The notes below the pieces were generated by a model. That model had not been told where the DNA came from, searched no databases, and saw nothing but the letters and a program-made list of their open reading frames with translations. From NCBI GenBank assembly GCA_964570275.1, contig CAZMXN010000003.1:33165-97164 (forward strand): DNA of 64,000 bases, written 5' to 3'. Source of the DNA: an uncultured Candidatus Saccharibacteria bacterium (GTDB lineage: Bacteria; Patescibacteriota; Saccharimonadia; Saccharimonadales; CAZMXN01). The translations under genes were made by a program, and so were the position numbers. Position 1 is the stretch's first letter, and the number at the start of each line of letters is the position of its first letter. This document shows, piece by piece, positions 18,403 to 30,086 of the stretch.

Positions 18403-19272
18403 ATGCGGTTTGTTGACAGCCACTGCCATATCCATGAAGTCGCGGCCGGTCAGAAAGGCGACGGCTCGGTGGCAGCGGTCTGGCAGCAGGCCGGCCTAAC
18501 CGATGCCGAAGTCCTGATCAAGCGGGCCGGTGAGGCAGGGGTGGACCGGCTGATTTGCGTCGGCACTTCCCTGCCGGACAGCCGGTTGGCGGTCGAGTTC
18601 GCCAAAAGTCGGCCGGAGGTCTGGGCCAGTATCGGCATTCATCCGCATGCCGCCAAAGACTATGTCCCCTTCCCTGACAAATTGCAAAAATTTTGCAATT
18701 TGCTGGAGGAGCGTCAAACCGGCCGGATTGTGGCTGTCGGCGAATGCGGTCTGGACTATTACTACGGTCACTCCCCGCCGTCCGATCAGCAAAAATTATT
18801 GCGGCTTCAAATCGACCTGGCGCTGGAGCATAACCTGCCGCTTATCTTTCATGTCCGGGGAGAGCCGCCCGGTCAGGCCGCTGAGCCGGACAGGGCTTTT
18901 ACCGACTTCTTCAAGCTGCTTGACGAGTACGCGGCGGCCGGCCAGCCGGTGCGCGGGGTGGTCCATAGCTTTACGGCCGGCCGCAAAACTCTGGACGGCG
19001 TGCTGGAGCGGGGACTGTTTGTCGGCCTTAACGGCATCATGACGTTCAGCAAAAATCCGGAACAGCTGGCGGCCGCTCGGGCGGTGCCGACGGAGCGGCT
19101 GCTGCTGGAAACCGACGCCCCGTTCTTGACTCCTAACCCCTTTCGTGGTAAAGTGTGTGAGCCTAAACACTTACGTGTAACGGCGGAGTTTTTGAGCGGT
19201 TTAAGACAGGAGCCGCTGGAGGCGTTAGCGGAGGCCACAACCCTAAGCGCCGAACAACTATTCGCCTTATGA
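18403..19272 (+). CDS. tatD: TatD-family metal-dependent deoxyribonuclease/hydrolase
   Basis: MRFVDSHCHI is the TatD HxH start. It is followed by ...GECGLDYYY and downstream ...ETDAPFLTP, which are TatD signatures. Confidence 0.85.
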   Translation: MRFVDSHCHIHEVAAGQKGDGSVAAVWQQAGLTDAEVLIKRAGEAGVDRLICVGTSLPDSRLAVEFAKSRPEVWASIGIHPHAAKDYVPFPDKLQKFCNLLEERQTGRIVAVGECGLDYYYGHSPPSDQQKLLRLQIDLALEHNLPLIFHVRGEPPGQAAEPDRAFTDFFKLLDEYAAAGQPVRGVVHSFTAGRKTLDGVLERGLFVGLNGIMTFSKNPEQLAAARAVPTERLLLETDAPFLTPNPFRGKVCEPKHLRVTAEFLSGLRQEPLEALAEATTLSAEQLFAL

Positions 19273-19286
19273 TCGGTTAATAAACT

Positions 19287-19652
19287 ATGAGCAACTCTTA
19301 TTTCACCACGCCTGAGCAGGAAACCGCGCCGCGTATCTCGCCGGAGATTTATAATTTGTACGCCGAACGGCTCAATACGGTTAGGCGGGCCGCCGAACTG
19401 GCCGGAGCTACGCCTGAAATAAAGGAGGCACGACGTTTGCAGGCCGAACGGCAGGCCGGCGAAAGCGCTTACCAGCAACTGTCGACAGAGGCTGACGCTA
19501 CACCGGTACCGAATCCAGACGAGGCCGTCACTACTACGATTGACTCCGTGGATGACGCTGTCCAGGCTCTGGCGGACGAGGCTCGAAGCCAAAGCCGGCA
19601 GATTGCTGACGCTCAGGAACGCGTCCGTCAGTCGCTGGAGGGAGTGCTGTAA
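19287..19652 (+). CDS. Hypothetical acidic/helical protein (121 aa)
   Basis: The ORF has coding-like composition. Its stop overlaps the next start (TAATG). Confidence 0.4.
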   Translation: MSNSYFTTPEQETAPRISPEIYNLYAERLNTVRRAAELAGATPEIKEARRLQAERQAGESAYQQLSTEADATPVPNPDEAVTTTIDSVDDAVQALADEARSQSRQIADAQERVRQSLEGVL

Positions 19653-20032
19653 TGCTGCGGCGCTTTCTGAACGGACTTATCAGGCGCCGGGTTGATGAGC
19701 GGCTGGGCGCGCGCCGGGCGGAGCTGTACCGCAATCTTATTCGCAAAGAAGCCAGGATTGGCGGTGAATTGTTCGGACCGGTTGCCCCGGGCGGCCGCCG
19801 CGAATTCTTTTGCCTGGATGAGCACACCTGGATCTGGCACGAGGAATGGCTGGATCAGCGCGGCCAGCGCCAGATCAAAACCACCCGCTATGATGTCCGG
19901 CCGGGCGGTATTCTCAAAGCGCAGGACGGCCAGCACTATCAGCGGATCACGCCGGACGAAGCCATGCACCTTGGCCAGGCCATCGATCTTTACGTTCAGC
20001 GGATTCGCAGCGAGCTGTATTACTTCGTGTAG
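19652..20032 (+). CDS. Hypothetical protein (126 aa)
   Basis: It is translationally coupled to the upstream ORF. No recognisable motif is present. Confidence 0.4.
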   Translation: MLRRFLNGLIRRRVDERLGARRAELYRNLIRKEARIGGELFGPVAPGGRREFFCLDEHTWIWHEEWLDQRGQRQIKTTRYDVRPGGILKAQDGQHYQRITPDEAMHLGQAIDLYVQRIRSELYYFV

Positions 20033-20129
20033 ATATCAAGTATCAAGTATTTAGTATCCGGTATGAAGTATTAAGTATGTGGCTGCAGCCTGTATCCGGG
20101 GGCTGATTAGCCTATACTACCTACTGACT

Positions 20130-21266
20130 ATGAAAGAGATTTATTTAGATTACGCCGCGGCGACGCCAGTGGACCCGGCCGTGCTAAAGGCCATGCGGCC
20201 GTTTTTTGATGACCGGTTTTATAATCCGTCGGCCCTGTACCGGCCGGCGGTTCAGGCAGCCCGGGCGCTGCAAGACGCCCGGGAGCGGGTGGCCCGGTGT
20301 CTGGGTTGTCGGCCGGCCGAGGTCGTCTTTACGGCCGGCGGGACCGAAGCCAACAACCTGGCGATACGCGGCCTGCTGGAACAATTCACGGACAGTCACG
20401 CCGTGGCTACGGTTATCGAGCACGACGCCGTACTGGCGCCGCTGGAGCGGTTTGATCATACGCTGGCACCGGTCAACGACCAGGGGTTAGTTGAGCCGGC
20501 GGCCATCGCAGCGGCCATAACCGACAGGACGGTGCTGATCAGCGTAATGCAGGCCAATAACGAAGTGGGTACCGTTCAGCCGCTTAGGGATATCGCTGCG
20601 CTGATTGAGCAGGTGCGGACGGAGCGGCGGGCTTCGGGCAATGACCGGCCGCTGTATCTGCACACCGACGCCTGTCAGGCAGCGGCCTATCTGGACATCA
20701 ACGTCAGCCGGCTGGGCGTTGACCTCATGACGCTTAATGCCGGCAAGATTTACGGACCCAAACAAAGCGGCGTGCTGTTTGTCAAAGGCGGCATACGGCT
20801 GACCCCGCAGATTCTCGGCGGCGGGCAGGAACGCGGGCTGCGCAGCGGTACCGAAAACCTGGCCGGCAGCGTCGGTTTCGCCACGGCGCTGGAGCTGGTC
20901 CAGGCACGGCGCAAGGAAGAGTCCCGCCGGCTCCTGGAGCTCAGAAACCTGTTTACTGAGCTTATTAAGCGGGAGGTCCCGGACGCGGTTATAAACGGTT
21001 CGCTCAAGCACCGCCTGCCGAATAACGTGCATCTGACCCTGCCCGGCCATGACAACGAGCGGCTGATGTTCGCGCTCGACGAGCAGGGTATTCGCTGCGG
21101 TCTCGGCTCGGCCTGCAGCGCCGCCAATCAGAAAGCGTCGCATGTTTTAGCGGCTCTGGGTCTGAGCGAGGAGACGGCCCGCAGCTCGCTGCGCTTTAGT
21201 CTGGGGCGGGATACTACCGAAGCAGACATCCGTACTACGGTGGCGGCTCTGAAACAGCTCATTTAA
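20130..21266 (+). CDS. Cysteine desulfurase (class V aminotransferase, NifS/IscS-like)
   Basis: MKEIYLDYAATPVD is a typical IscS/NifS start. The PLP-lysine region reads ...MTLNAGKIYGPKQSGVL. The catalytic Cys loop reads ...LGSACSA. The start is refined to the ATG at 20130, within the longer track ORF that begins at 20079. Confidence 0.85.
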   Translation: MKEIYLDYAAATPVDPAVLKAMRPFFDDRFYNPSALYRPAVQAARALQDARERVARCLGCRPAEVVFTAGGTEANNLAIRGLLEQFTDSHAVATVIEHDAVLAPLERFDHTLAPVNDQGLVEPAAIAAAITDRTVLISVMQANNEVGTVQPLRDIAALIEQVRTERRASGNDRPLYLHTDACQAAAYLDINVSRLGVDLMTLNAGKIYGPKQSGVLFVKGGIRLTPQILGGGQERGLRSGTENLAGSVGFATALELVQARRKEESRRLLELRNLFTELIKREVPDAVINGSLKHRLPNNVHLTLPGHDNERLMFALDEQGIRCGLGSACSAANQKASHVLAALGLSEETARSSLRFSLGRDTTEADIRTTVAALKQLI

Positions 21267-21341
21267 AACCGCGTCCGGTGATTGCCCTCTTTAAACCAAA
21301 AGCGCTATACTTGGTAGCAGCAAACAGGCACTGACGCGGTC

Positions 21342-22187
21342 ATGATCCGGAACAAAATCAAACATCACCTGACACCAATGAAAATATGGGCCATAGCCGG
21401 ACTGATAATTCTGGTGGTTATCAGCCGGGCCGGTCTGGTTTTCTCGCAGCCGGTGGCCCAGGGGTACACCTATGACGCCGGTCTGCAGCGGGGCATGATC
21501 GTGTCGCTGGATCCGGACGATACTTCCAGGCTGCTTGCCGCCACCTCAGCCAATCTGGAGCATCTGCACGGCGTGGTGATAGACGCCAACGATTCGCCGG
21601 TGAAATTGACCGCTGAAGGCCGGCAGACTTTCGTAACCATTGCCGGACGCCACGAAGTGCTGGTCAGTGATCAGAACGGCCAGATCAACCCCGGTGACGG
21701 TATTTCCGTATCCAGTCTGGCCGGAATCGGCATGAAAGCCGATCGCAGCCAGGCCATAATTATCGGGAAGGCCGTCAATGGCAGTGAGGGCGGCGGCGAG
21801 CCGTTGGGCCGGACGGAAGTCGATACGCCGGAAGGCCGGCGGACGGTTGCTTTGAGCCGGGTACTGGTTGAGGTGGGCGTGGCCGCCAATCCGAACGGCC
21901 GGCCGGTTCAAAACGACATCACCGACTTTTTCAGTCAGGTCAGCGAAGCCATTGCCCAGAAACCGGTCAGTCCCTGGCGCACTTACGTGGCACTGTTGAT
22001 ACTGATTGGCACGACCGGCATCTCCGGAAGCATACTTTACGCCGGGGTGCGCAGCGCCATAATTTCCATCGGCCGCAACCCCTTGTCCAAAAAATCCATC
22101 GTCCGCAGCCTGGTGCAAGTGGTGCTGACCGGCTTTATCATTTTCATAAGCGGCTTCGGTGCGGTATATTTATTACTAAGATTATGA
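21342..22187 (+). CDS. Hypothetical membrane protein with an N-terminal anchor, an extracytoplasmic domain and a C-terminal ATP-synthase-c-like helical hairpin
   Basis: The C-terminal 70 aa read GTTGISGSILYAGVRSAIISIGRNPLSKKSIVRSLVQVVLTGFIIFISGFGAVYLLL. This resembles an F0 c-subunit hairpin with a Gly-rich TM1 and an RNP loop, but no acidic residue sits at the ion-binding position in TM2. It lies immediately upstream of the atp block. Confidence 0.4.
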   Translation: MIRNKIKHHLTPMKIWAIAGLIILVVISRAGLVFSQPVAQGYTYDAGLQRGMIVSLDPDDTSRLLAATSANLEHLHGVVIDANDSPVKLTAEGRQTFVTIAGRHEVLVSDQNGQINPGDGISVSSLAGIGMKADRSQAIIIGKAVNGSEGGGEPLGRTEVDTPEGRRTVALSRVLVEVGVAANPNGRPVQNDITDFFSQVSEAIAQKPVSPWRTYVALLILIGTTGISGSILYAGVRSAIISIGRNPLSKKSIVRSLVQVVLTGFIIFISGFGAVYLLLRL

Positions 22188-22241
22188 TGATTCGACTGCA
22201 AAGAGGGTTTTAAGAATGAATTCCAGGGTGGGCAACAACTG

Positions 22242-22868
22242 ATGACGGACGGCTGGATACTGATAATTGTTATCGGCGGCCTGCTGGCCGGATTGGCGGC
22301 ATTCATCTGGGTGGCGCTTCGGCTTGGCAAGGGCGGCCGCGGCAGCATCGCCTCGTCGCATGATGATCTGCTGAGTAAGGCGTCGGTCGATGTCGAAAGC
22401 GTGTTTAATAACGAGTTCCGGGAAGAGCTGCGTAACCGCGGCCGGCTGCATTTTGAGAAGATTATCGGCGAAAACGCCATGTTCCTGCAGCAGGACCTGC
22501 GCCTGACGACCTCGCAGCTTAATGACTATATGAAGCAGGAGATCGCCAAGACCCTGCAGGAGGAATTTACCAAATACGAGGAATCGATCGCCGATGCCAA
22601 GCAGATTGCCGTCAGCTCCATCGAGAAGACCCAGGCCGTAATCGAGCAGCACCGGCAGATGCTCAGCGAACAGCTGGAGGAACAGATCACCGCCCAGAAA
22701 GCTCAGGTCATGGAGCATTTTGTCCAGAACATGGCGGAGATCATCAATCACTACATCCTTGATGCCATCGGGACGCAAATTGATCTGACCGATCAGCTGG
22801 AATACATCCTGGCCGAGCTGGAAAAGAATAAGGAAGCTATACTGGAAGACGTCAAGAATGGAGCGTAA
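22242..22868 (+). CDS. atpF: F0F1 ATP synthase subunit b (probable)
   Basis: A single N-terminal TM helix is followed by a long charged amphipathic helix, and the gene sits upstream of delta-alpha-gamma-beta-epsilon. The assignment rests on architecture and synteny. Confidence 0.55.
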   Translation: MTDGWILIIVIGGLLAGLAAFIWVALRLGKGGRGSIASSHDDLLSKASVDVESVFNNEFREELRNRGRLHFEKIIGENAMFLQQDLRLTTSQLNDYMKQEIAKTLQEEFTKYEESIADAKQIAVSSIEKTQAVIEQHRQMLSEQLEEQITAQKAQVMEHFVQNMAEIINHYILDAIGTQIDLTDQLEYILAELEKNKEAILEDVKNGA

Positions 22869-23370
22869 AAAGACCGAGACCAAACAAAAGGACTTCGTGT
22901 TGCCGGTAAGCGTAGTCGGCAGTGCCGAGCTGTCGGGTCTGCTCAGGGAAATGAGTGACCTGGAGGATTTTTTAGTTGAGGCGGCGGTGCGCAAGGCCGG
23001 CTCCAGCGTGGTGCTGCCTAAGACCGGGCGGCTGGCCGAAGTCAGCAAGGAAAACGGCATAAATCTGCTGGACAAAGACCAGCGCCTGGAGCTGACCGCC
23101 AAACTGGAGGAGATGCAGACCAAGGCACCGGTGATACATATAAGTTTTGCGTCGGATCCGCCGCTCAACTTCACCTACAAGCTGGTGCAGTGGTTCCGTA
23201 CCAGGATCCATCCCTACGCTCTGGTGCAGGTGGGCCTGCAGCCGACCATTGCCGCCGGCTGTGTGCTCAGAACGCCGAATAAGTATTTTGATATGAGTTT
23301 GCGGCAGCATTTGAAGTCGGCTTATCCGTCGCTGCTTAAATGGCTTGAGGTTCCCGGTGAGACGAAATAG
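22858..23370 (+). CDS. atpH: F0F1 ATP synthase subunit delta (OSCP-like, divergent)
   Basis: The C-terminal segment VQVGLQPTIAAGCVLRTPNKYFDMSLRQHLKS matches the delta C-terminal pattern (..idpsiiGG..v.igd...D.S.r..L..L). It overlaps atpF by 11 nt and precedes atpA. Confidence 0.55.
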   Translation: MERKKTETKQKDFVLPVSVVGSAELSGLLREMSDLEDFLVEAAVRKAGSSVVLPKTGRLAEVSKENGINLLDKDQRLELTAKLEEMQTKAPVIHISFASDPPLNFTYKLVQWFRTRIHPYALVQVGLQPTIAAGCVLRTPNKYFDMSLRQHLKSAYPSLLKWLEVPGETK

Positions 23371-23427
23371 CTGGCATGTTTTTGGCTGTGACTATGGCCC
23401 GTCGCCTGGCAGCGGGGAGGTGGTCTG

Positions 23428-24866
23428 ATGCCGGCCAAAATCCGCTCCGACAGCCAGCATTTCAAGAAGCTCGTCGAGTCCGGCCGGCCGATCGGCGAAG
23501 TGGTTGCGGTTGACCGCTACCTGGTGCGGGTCCGCGGCCTGCAGCCGGTGTCGGTCCGCGGCCTGGTGATGTTCGAGGACGGCTCCAAGGGCTTCGTTCA
23601 GTATATTGACGAGAATTTCGTATCGATCCTGCATCTGGGCGCGCAGTATTTGTCGGTCGGCATGATCGCTGTCGTGCAGCATGAGGAGCTGGTCTGCAAG
23701 GTTGGCAAGGATTTTATCGGCCGGGTCGTTTCGGTGACCGGCGAGCCGCTGGACGGCAAGGGACCGATTGCCGCCGATGCCGTCTGGCCGGTGTTCCACG
23801 ACGCCCCCAAGCTGTTTGAAAGAGAGCAGCTCAATGATCAGCTGGAGACCGGTGTAACTTCTATCGACGCCCTGTTCCCGATTGTCCGCGGCCAGCGTAT
23901 TGCCATCTTAGGCGACAGCAAGTCCGGCAAAAGCACCCTGGCGACGCAGTTGACCATCAACCAGAAGAACTCCGATCTGGTAGCGGTTTACGTGCTGATC
24001 GCCAAGCGGCGCAGCGACGTTGACACCCTGCTGACCCGCCTGGAGCAAAACGACGCCCTGAAAAACGCCATCGTCGTCGTGTCGACGATGTTCGACTCGC
24101 TGATTATGAGCTATCTGGCGCCGTATGTAGGCTGCGCTCTGGCCGAGTATTTCTGGCAGGCGCTGGACCGGGACGCGGTGATAATTTACGACGATCTGAC
24201 CAGCCACGCCCAGGTTTACCGGGAGGTCTCGCTGCTGGCCGGGGTCAGTCCGGGCCGCGATTCCTATCCGGGTGATATGTTCTACGCGCACTCCAGTCTG
24301 CTGGAGCGGGCCGGCCGGCTGAACCGCAATCACAAGACGCTGACCAGTCTGCCGCTGGTTCTGGCTCACGGCGGCGACATCACGGCGTATCTGCCGACAA
24401 ACATCATGTCCATTACCGACGGGCAGTGGATTCTCGATATGGAAACCTTCCGCAGCGGTTTGCGCCCGGCGCTCAACGTCGGTCTTAGCGTCACTCGTGT
24501 CGGCGGCCGTGGTCACAACGAGCGCCAGCACAAGTTCTCGTCGCTGACGCTGCAGGCTCTGGCGGCTTACCGGCAGGCTCAGGAGTTCTCGCACTTCGGA
24601 TCGGAAATGGCCTTGGCGACCGGCAAGGATTTGCAGCTGGGCCAACGCATCATTGAAATGATGACTCAGGGGCCGGGCGAGTACTTCTCGCTGGTCGCGC
24701 AGCAGATGATGATGGATATCGTGCTCAGTCAGGCCGAGGGCGAGATTGTCGATGTGAAGATGCTCAAAAAGAGCGCCAATGAATACGCCGCCAAAGTCAA
24801 AAACGACGCCGATTACGAAAAAGTCCGCGATGAACTTAAACGCAGTTCGCTGCTGGAGCTGAAGAA

Positions 24867-24870
<4 letters not shown>
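23428..24870 (+). CDS. atpA: F0F1 ATP synthase subunit alpha
   Basis: F1 alpha-type architecture and motifs are present (...[17 protein letters not shown]..., P-loop GDSKSGKST, ...[16 protein letters not shown]..., ...[13 protein letters not shown]). It is followed by gamma and beta. Confidence 0.85.
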
Positions 24871-27024
<2,154 letters not shown>

Positions 27025-27025
<1 letters not shown>

Positions 27026-27324
27026 TGGCTGATCCCAAAGCGTCCGCGCCGGCCGAAGGAGTTCGAACCAAAGACGGCAAACCGGTGATGCACGTTAAGG
27101 TCTACTCGCCGTTTCAAACTTATTTTGATGACGACGCCTACAGCATTACCGGCGCCAACCAGACCGGGCCGTTTGACGTGCTGCCGATGCACCACAACTT
27201 CATGACCCTGCTTATCCCTTGCGATCTGTTAATCCAGGCCCCGGACGGTGAAAAACAAATCAAAATCACCCGCGGCATTATGCACGTCAAGACCGACAAA
27301 GTGGTTGTCTTTCTGGACGTTTAA
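27025..27324 (+). CDS. atpC: F0F1 ATP synthase subunit epsilon
   Basis: This 99-aa ORF is start/stop coupled to atpD. It has an epsilon-like beta-sandwich N-terminus (...VYSPFQTYFDDDAYSITGANQTGPFDVLPMH...). Confidence 0.65.
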
Positions 27325-27325
27325 G

Positions 27326-28378
27326 CTAGTCGATGGCTACAAAATCGAAACTGAATGAGGCGCCGGCCGGCGGCGCGCTGGTGCTGCAGACACTGAAGCT
27401 GCTGGTGTTGCGGTTGATGTAGTAGTTGAGCCCGGCGGCGGCTGAACCGACCGGCGTAATGACGACGTGCGGTGTGCCGGCAAAAGCGTTGGCGAAGCGG
27501 ACGGTGATGAAGCAGCCGGCGCCCGGATTGCTGCCGGTGTTGATGGTGACGGTGCCGGCCGTGTCGGTGCCGCTAACCGAGCTGGTGCCGCCCGAACCCA
27601 GCGCGGAACCGTCCGTTTTGGTCGGCGTCGAACCGCCGGCATCGATATGGCGGTTGATCTGCAGATCGCGGTTGATCTGCAGGGTGTCTATGGTGATTTG
27701 CGGCGCCGAGATGGGGCCGGAGAATGTGCCGCCGCCGGTGACAGTAAGACCGTTTTGCACGGCCAGCGTACCCTCGACCGAGGCATTGCTGGCTACCTGC
27801 AAACTGTTGGCCTGCACCTGATCGAAACTGCTGGTGCCCGAAACGGTGATGCCCGGCAGGGTCATGGTGCCGCCGACCCGGATCGAACCGGCGACGTCCA
27901 GACTGTCCTGGATTAAAACTTTACCGGCGAAAATGGCGTTTGACTCAATGCTGAGGGTGAATTTCGGATCACCGATCACGGCGTCGCTGCCGCGCAGCTC
28001 TTCCAGAGTCTCCTCGGTAAGTTCCTGGGTGATGATTTGAGCTTCCTCCTGCTGGCGGTTGCGCTGGTAGGCGACGATGCTGGCCACGACGGCCAGCAGG
28101 ACCAGGAGACCGAAAATCAGCAGATAGATGTTGAGGTTGCGGAGCAGACCGTGGGCCCGCAGGCTGAACTTGTTAGGCTTTTTTGGTGCCTCGGCCGGCG
28201 GCTGATTGGGATTGTCGGCCGGCGGTGCGGCGACGGCGCCGTCTTCATTGGCGGCTTCGGGCGCCGGGCCGGCGCTGTCGGCCGAATTACTGCCGCTATC
28301 CACCACGGTGCCGGAAGCTTCCAGCGAGTTATCGCCTTCCAGCTGCGGTGCTGCCTGTTTCTCGGGATCATTATCCAT
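27326..28378 (-). CDS. Bitopic membrane protein with a Pro/Ala-rich N-terminus and an extracytoplasmic beta-helix-like repeat domain
   Basis: The TM helix reads IYLLIFGLLVLLAVVASIVAY. The C-terminal region carries repetitive Gly/Thr/Val beta-strand motifs (GSIRVGGTMTLPGITVSGTSSF..., an internal duplication LQINRDLQINR, TVTINTGSNPGAG). Confidence 0.5.
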   Translation of the reverse strand: MDNDPEKQAAPQLEGDNSLEASGTVVDSGSNSADSAGPAPEAANEDGAVAAPPADNPNQPPAEAPKKPNKFSLRAHGLLRNLNIYLLIFGLLVLLAVVASIVAYQRNRQQEEAQIITQELTEETLEELRGSDAVIGDPKFTLSIESNAIFAGKVLIQDSLDVAGSIRVGGTMTLPGITVSGTSSFDQVQANSLQVASNASVEGTLAVQNGLTVTGGGTFSGPISAPQITIDTLQINRDLQINRHIDAGGSTPTKTDGSALGSGGTSSVSGTDTAGTVTINTGSNPGAGCFITVRFANAFAGTPHVVITPVGSAAAGLNYYINRNTSSFSVCSTSAPPAGASFSFDFVAID

Positions 28379-28478
28379 CTTTTTATCTAAAAAGCCCGTT
28401 TCTCGGTAATGCTTACTTCTTTAGGCCTATGTTACCATAAAGCTAAAGCCATCAGCTAACTTGTAAGAAGCAACCAAA

Positions 28479-29150
28479 ATGCGCAAGTACCACTATCAGA
28501 CCAGCCTCCCCAAGCAATGGCGGCGCTGGCGCCGGGTGCATCGGACTTTTTTAATCCTGCTCGGTCTGCTGCTGCTGACGGCCGGGATTTTGTGGTGGTT
28601 TTACGGACATTATCTGCAGGATATTTCGCCTTTGAGTCAGCAAGGTGACCGGGAGCAGACGGTTTACCTGGGGCCGGAGCTTAAAACGGTCGAAGCCGAT
28701 GAGTTTATTTTTAAATCCGTCCACGATTGGGAGCTGGAAGCCGATGAATCGGCGCCGCCGGAAAGGTACGTTTACCGCAGCAGGCGCGACGGACTGGTAA
28801 TCAAGGAACTGACGGTTTACCGCGGCCGCGTGCCGGCCGATTTGGCGGTGACCATGCTGGTGCCGGCTACCACCGACGGCACCAAAATCTCGCCCGGCAA
28901 AGCCTCGCCCCGTTGTCCGGTTTCCGATGAGATCGTGCCAAAGCCGATCCGGCAGACTTACCGGGGGGTGGATTACTGGTGTGATACGGCACCGAGCGGC
29001 CGCGGCATCGGGGTCGCTCAGACCGGCCAGGGCTATGGTTTTCAGTTGTCCGGAGGGACGTTCGGGTTTCTGTATAAAGACTTAAGCGGCATTAACCTGC
29101 CTGATCCGATGGCCTTTTACGAGATTCTTAAAAATTTCGAGGCCAAATAG
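28479..29150 (+). CDS. Membrane-anchored hypothetical protein (223 aa)
   Basis: It has an N-terminal basic region and a TM helix (FLILLGLLLLTAGILWWFYG), followed by an extracytoplasmic domain. It is divergent from the 27326..28378 gene. Confidence 0.45.
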   Translation: MRKYHYQTSLPKQWRRWRRVHRTFLILLGLLLLTAGILWWFYGHYLQDISPLSQQGDREQTVYLGPELKTVEADEFIFKSVHDWELEADESAPPERYVYRSRRDGLVIKELTVYRGRVPADLAVTMLVPATTDGTKISPGKASPRCPVSDEIVPKPIRQTYRGVDYWCDTAPSGRGIGVAQTGQGYGFQLSGGTFGFLYKDLSGINLPDPMAFYEILKNFEAK

Positions 29151-29219
29151 CTTTTCCGGCTGTTTACGCCGCTTGCTGCGGCTCGGACAGGAGGGGTATA
29201 CTGCAGCATAAGAATAATT

Positions 29220-29957
29220 ATGTTGAGCAGAATAAAGACACTGATGCTGGTGGGATTGGTAAGCGGGCTGGTGCTGGCGGCCGGCGGTTCGCTGGTGCTG
29301 GCCCAATCGTCATCCAATAATTACCGGGTTGAGGAGACTTTCTTCGGCACCGGCGGCGAACGCGAAGCCTGTTCGGGCAGTTTTTGCGCCACCCAGTCGG
29401 CCGGCGAACTGACGGTCGGCAATACGGCCGGCGGTGATTTTCAGGCTCAAGCCGGCTTCAATACCACCGATCAGCCGATGCTGGAATTTATCGTGACCGG
29501 CGGCTCGCTCAATCTCGGCACGCTGAGTACCGGCTCAACGGCCACGGGCACCATGACGTTCAGCGTTCGCAATTACTTAAGTAACGGCTATGTCGTAACG
29601 ACAGTCGGCCAACCGCCGACCAACGGACCGGCCCAGATCGACCCCCTGACGTCGCCGACAGCTTCATCGGCCGGCAGTGAGCAGTTCGGCATGAACCTGA
29701 CGGCCAATACCCAGCCGACGACTTTCGGCGCCAACCCGACCCACGCGCCGGACAGCAGCTTCAGTTTCGGCGCGGCGCTGCCCGGCTATAACTCTCCCAA
29801 TCTGTATAAATACGTCGTGGGCGAGTCGGTGGCGGCATCGGATCGCAGCAGCGGCCAGACGATTTTCACGGTGTCCTATATCGTTAACGTCAGTCCGATT
29901 ACCGAAGGCGGAATTTACGAAACCGACCAGGTTTTCGTAGTCACCGGTACCTACTAA
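29220..29957 (+). CDS. Secreted beta-rich surface protein, paralog 1 (SCPU/Csu-pilin-like C-terminal motif)
   Basis: It has a signal peptide. The C-terminus GYNSPNLYKYVVG...TIFTVSYIVNVSPITEGGIYETDQVFVVTGTY is homologous to the C-terminus of the 32744..33784 protein. It ends in an alternating-hydrophobic strand like the SCPU xGxYxDTxTVTVxY motif. Confidence 0.5.
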   Translation: MLSRIKTLMLVGLVSGLVLAAGGSLVLAQSSSNNYRVEETFFGTGGEREACSGSFCATQSAGELTVGNTAGGDFQAQAGFNTTDQPMLEFIVTGGSLNLGTLSTGSTATGTMTFSVRNYLSNGYVVTTVGQPPTNGPAQIDPLTSPTASSAGSEQFGMNLTANTQPTTFGANPTHAPDSSFSFGAALPGYNSPNLYKYVVGESVAASDRSSGQTIFTVSYIVNVSPITEGGIYETDQVFVVTGTY

Positions 29958-30086
29958 TGACGGGCTTTGAGGCCGGGCCTGTGGATAAGTCCGGTAATTT
30001 TTAGTTGCAAATTATAGCGTTAGTGTTAATAATGGAGGTTATTCTAAGTAAATAAAACCAAAATCAAACGACCTAAGGAAAACTTA

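Noticed and set aside
22182-23174. 330-aa minus-strand ORF overlapping atpF and atpH, together with similar large antisense ORFs such as 20487..21143, 23908..24645, 24813..25601, 25484..26425, 39361..40044, 40209..41327, 44889..45863 and 52784..53482
   Set aside because: All lie antisense to well-supported conserved genes (ATP synthase subunits, cysteine desulfurase, ftsA, obg, uvrA). They have low-complexity Arg/Gly/Leu-rich translations. They are treated as GC-driven shadow ORFs.
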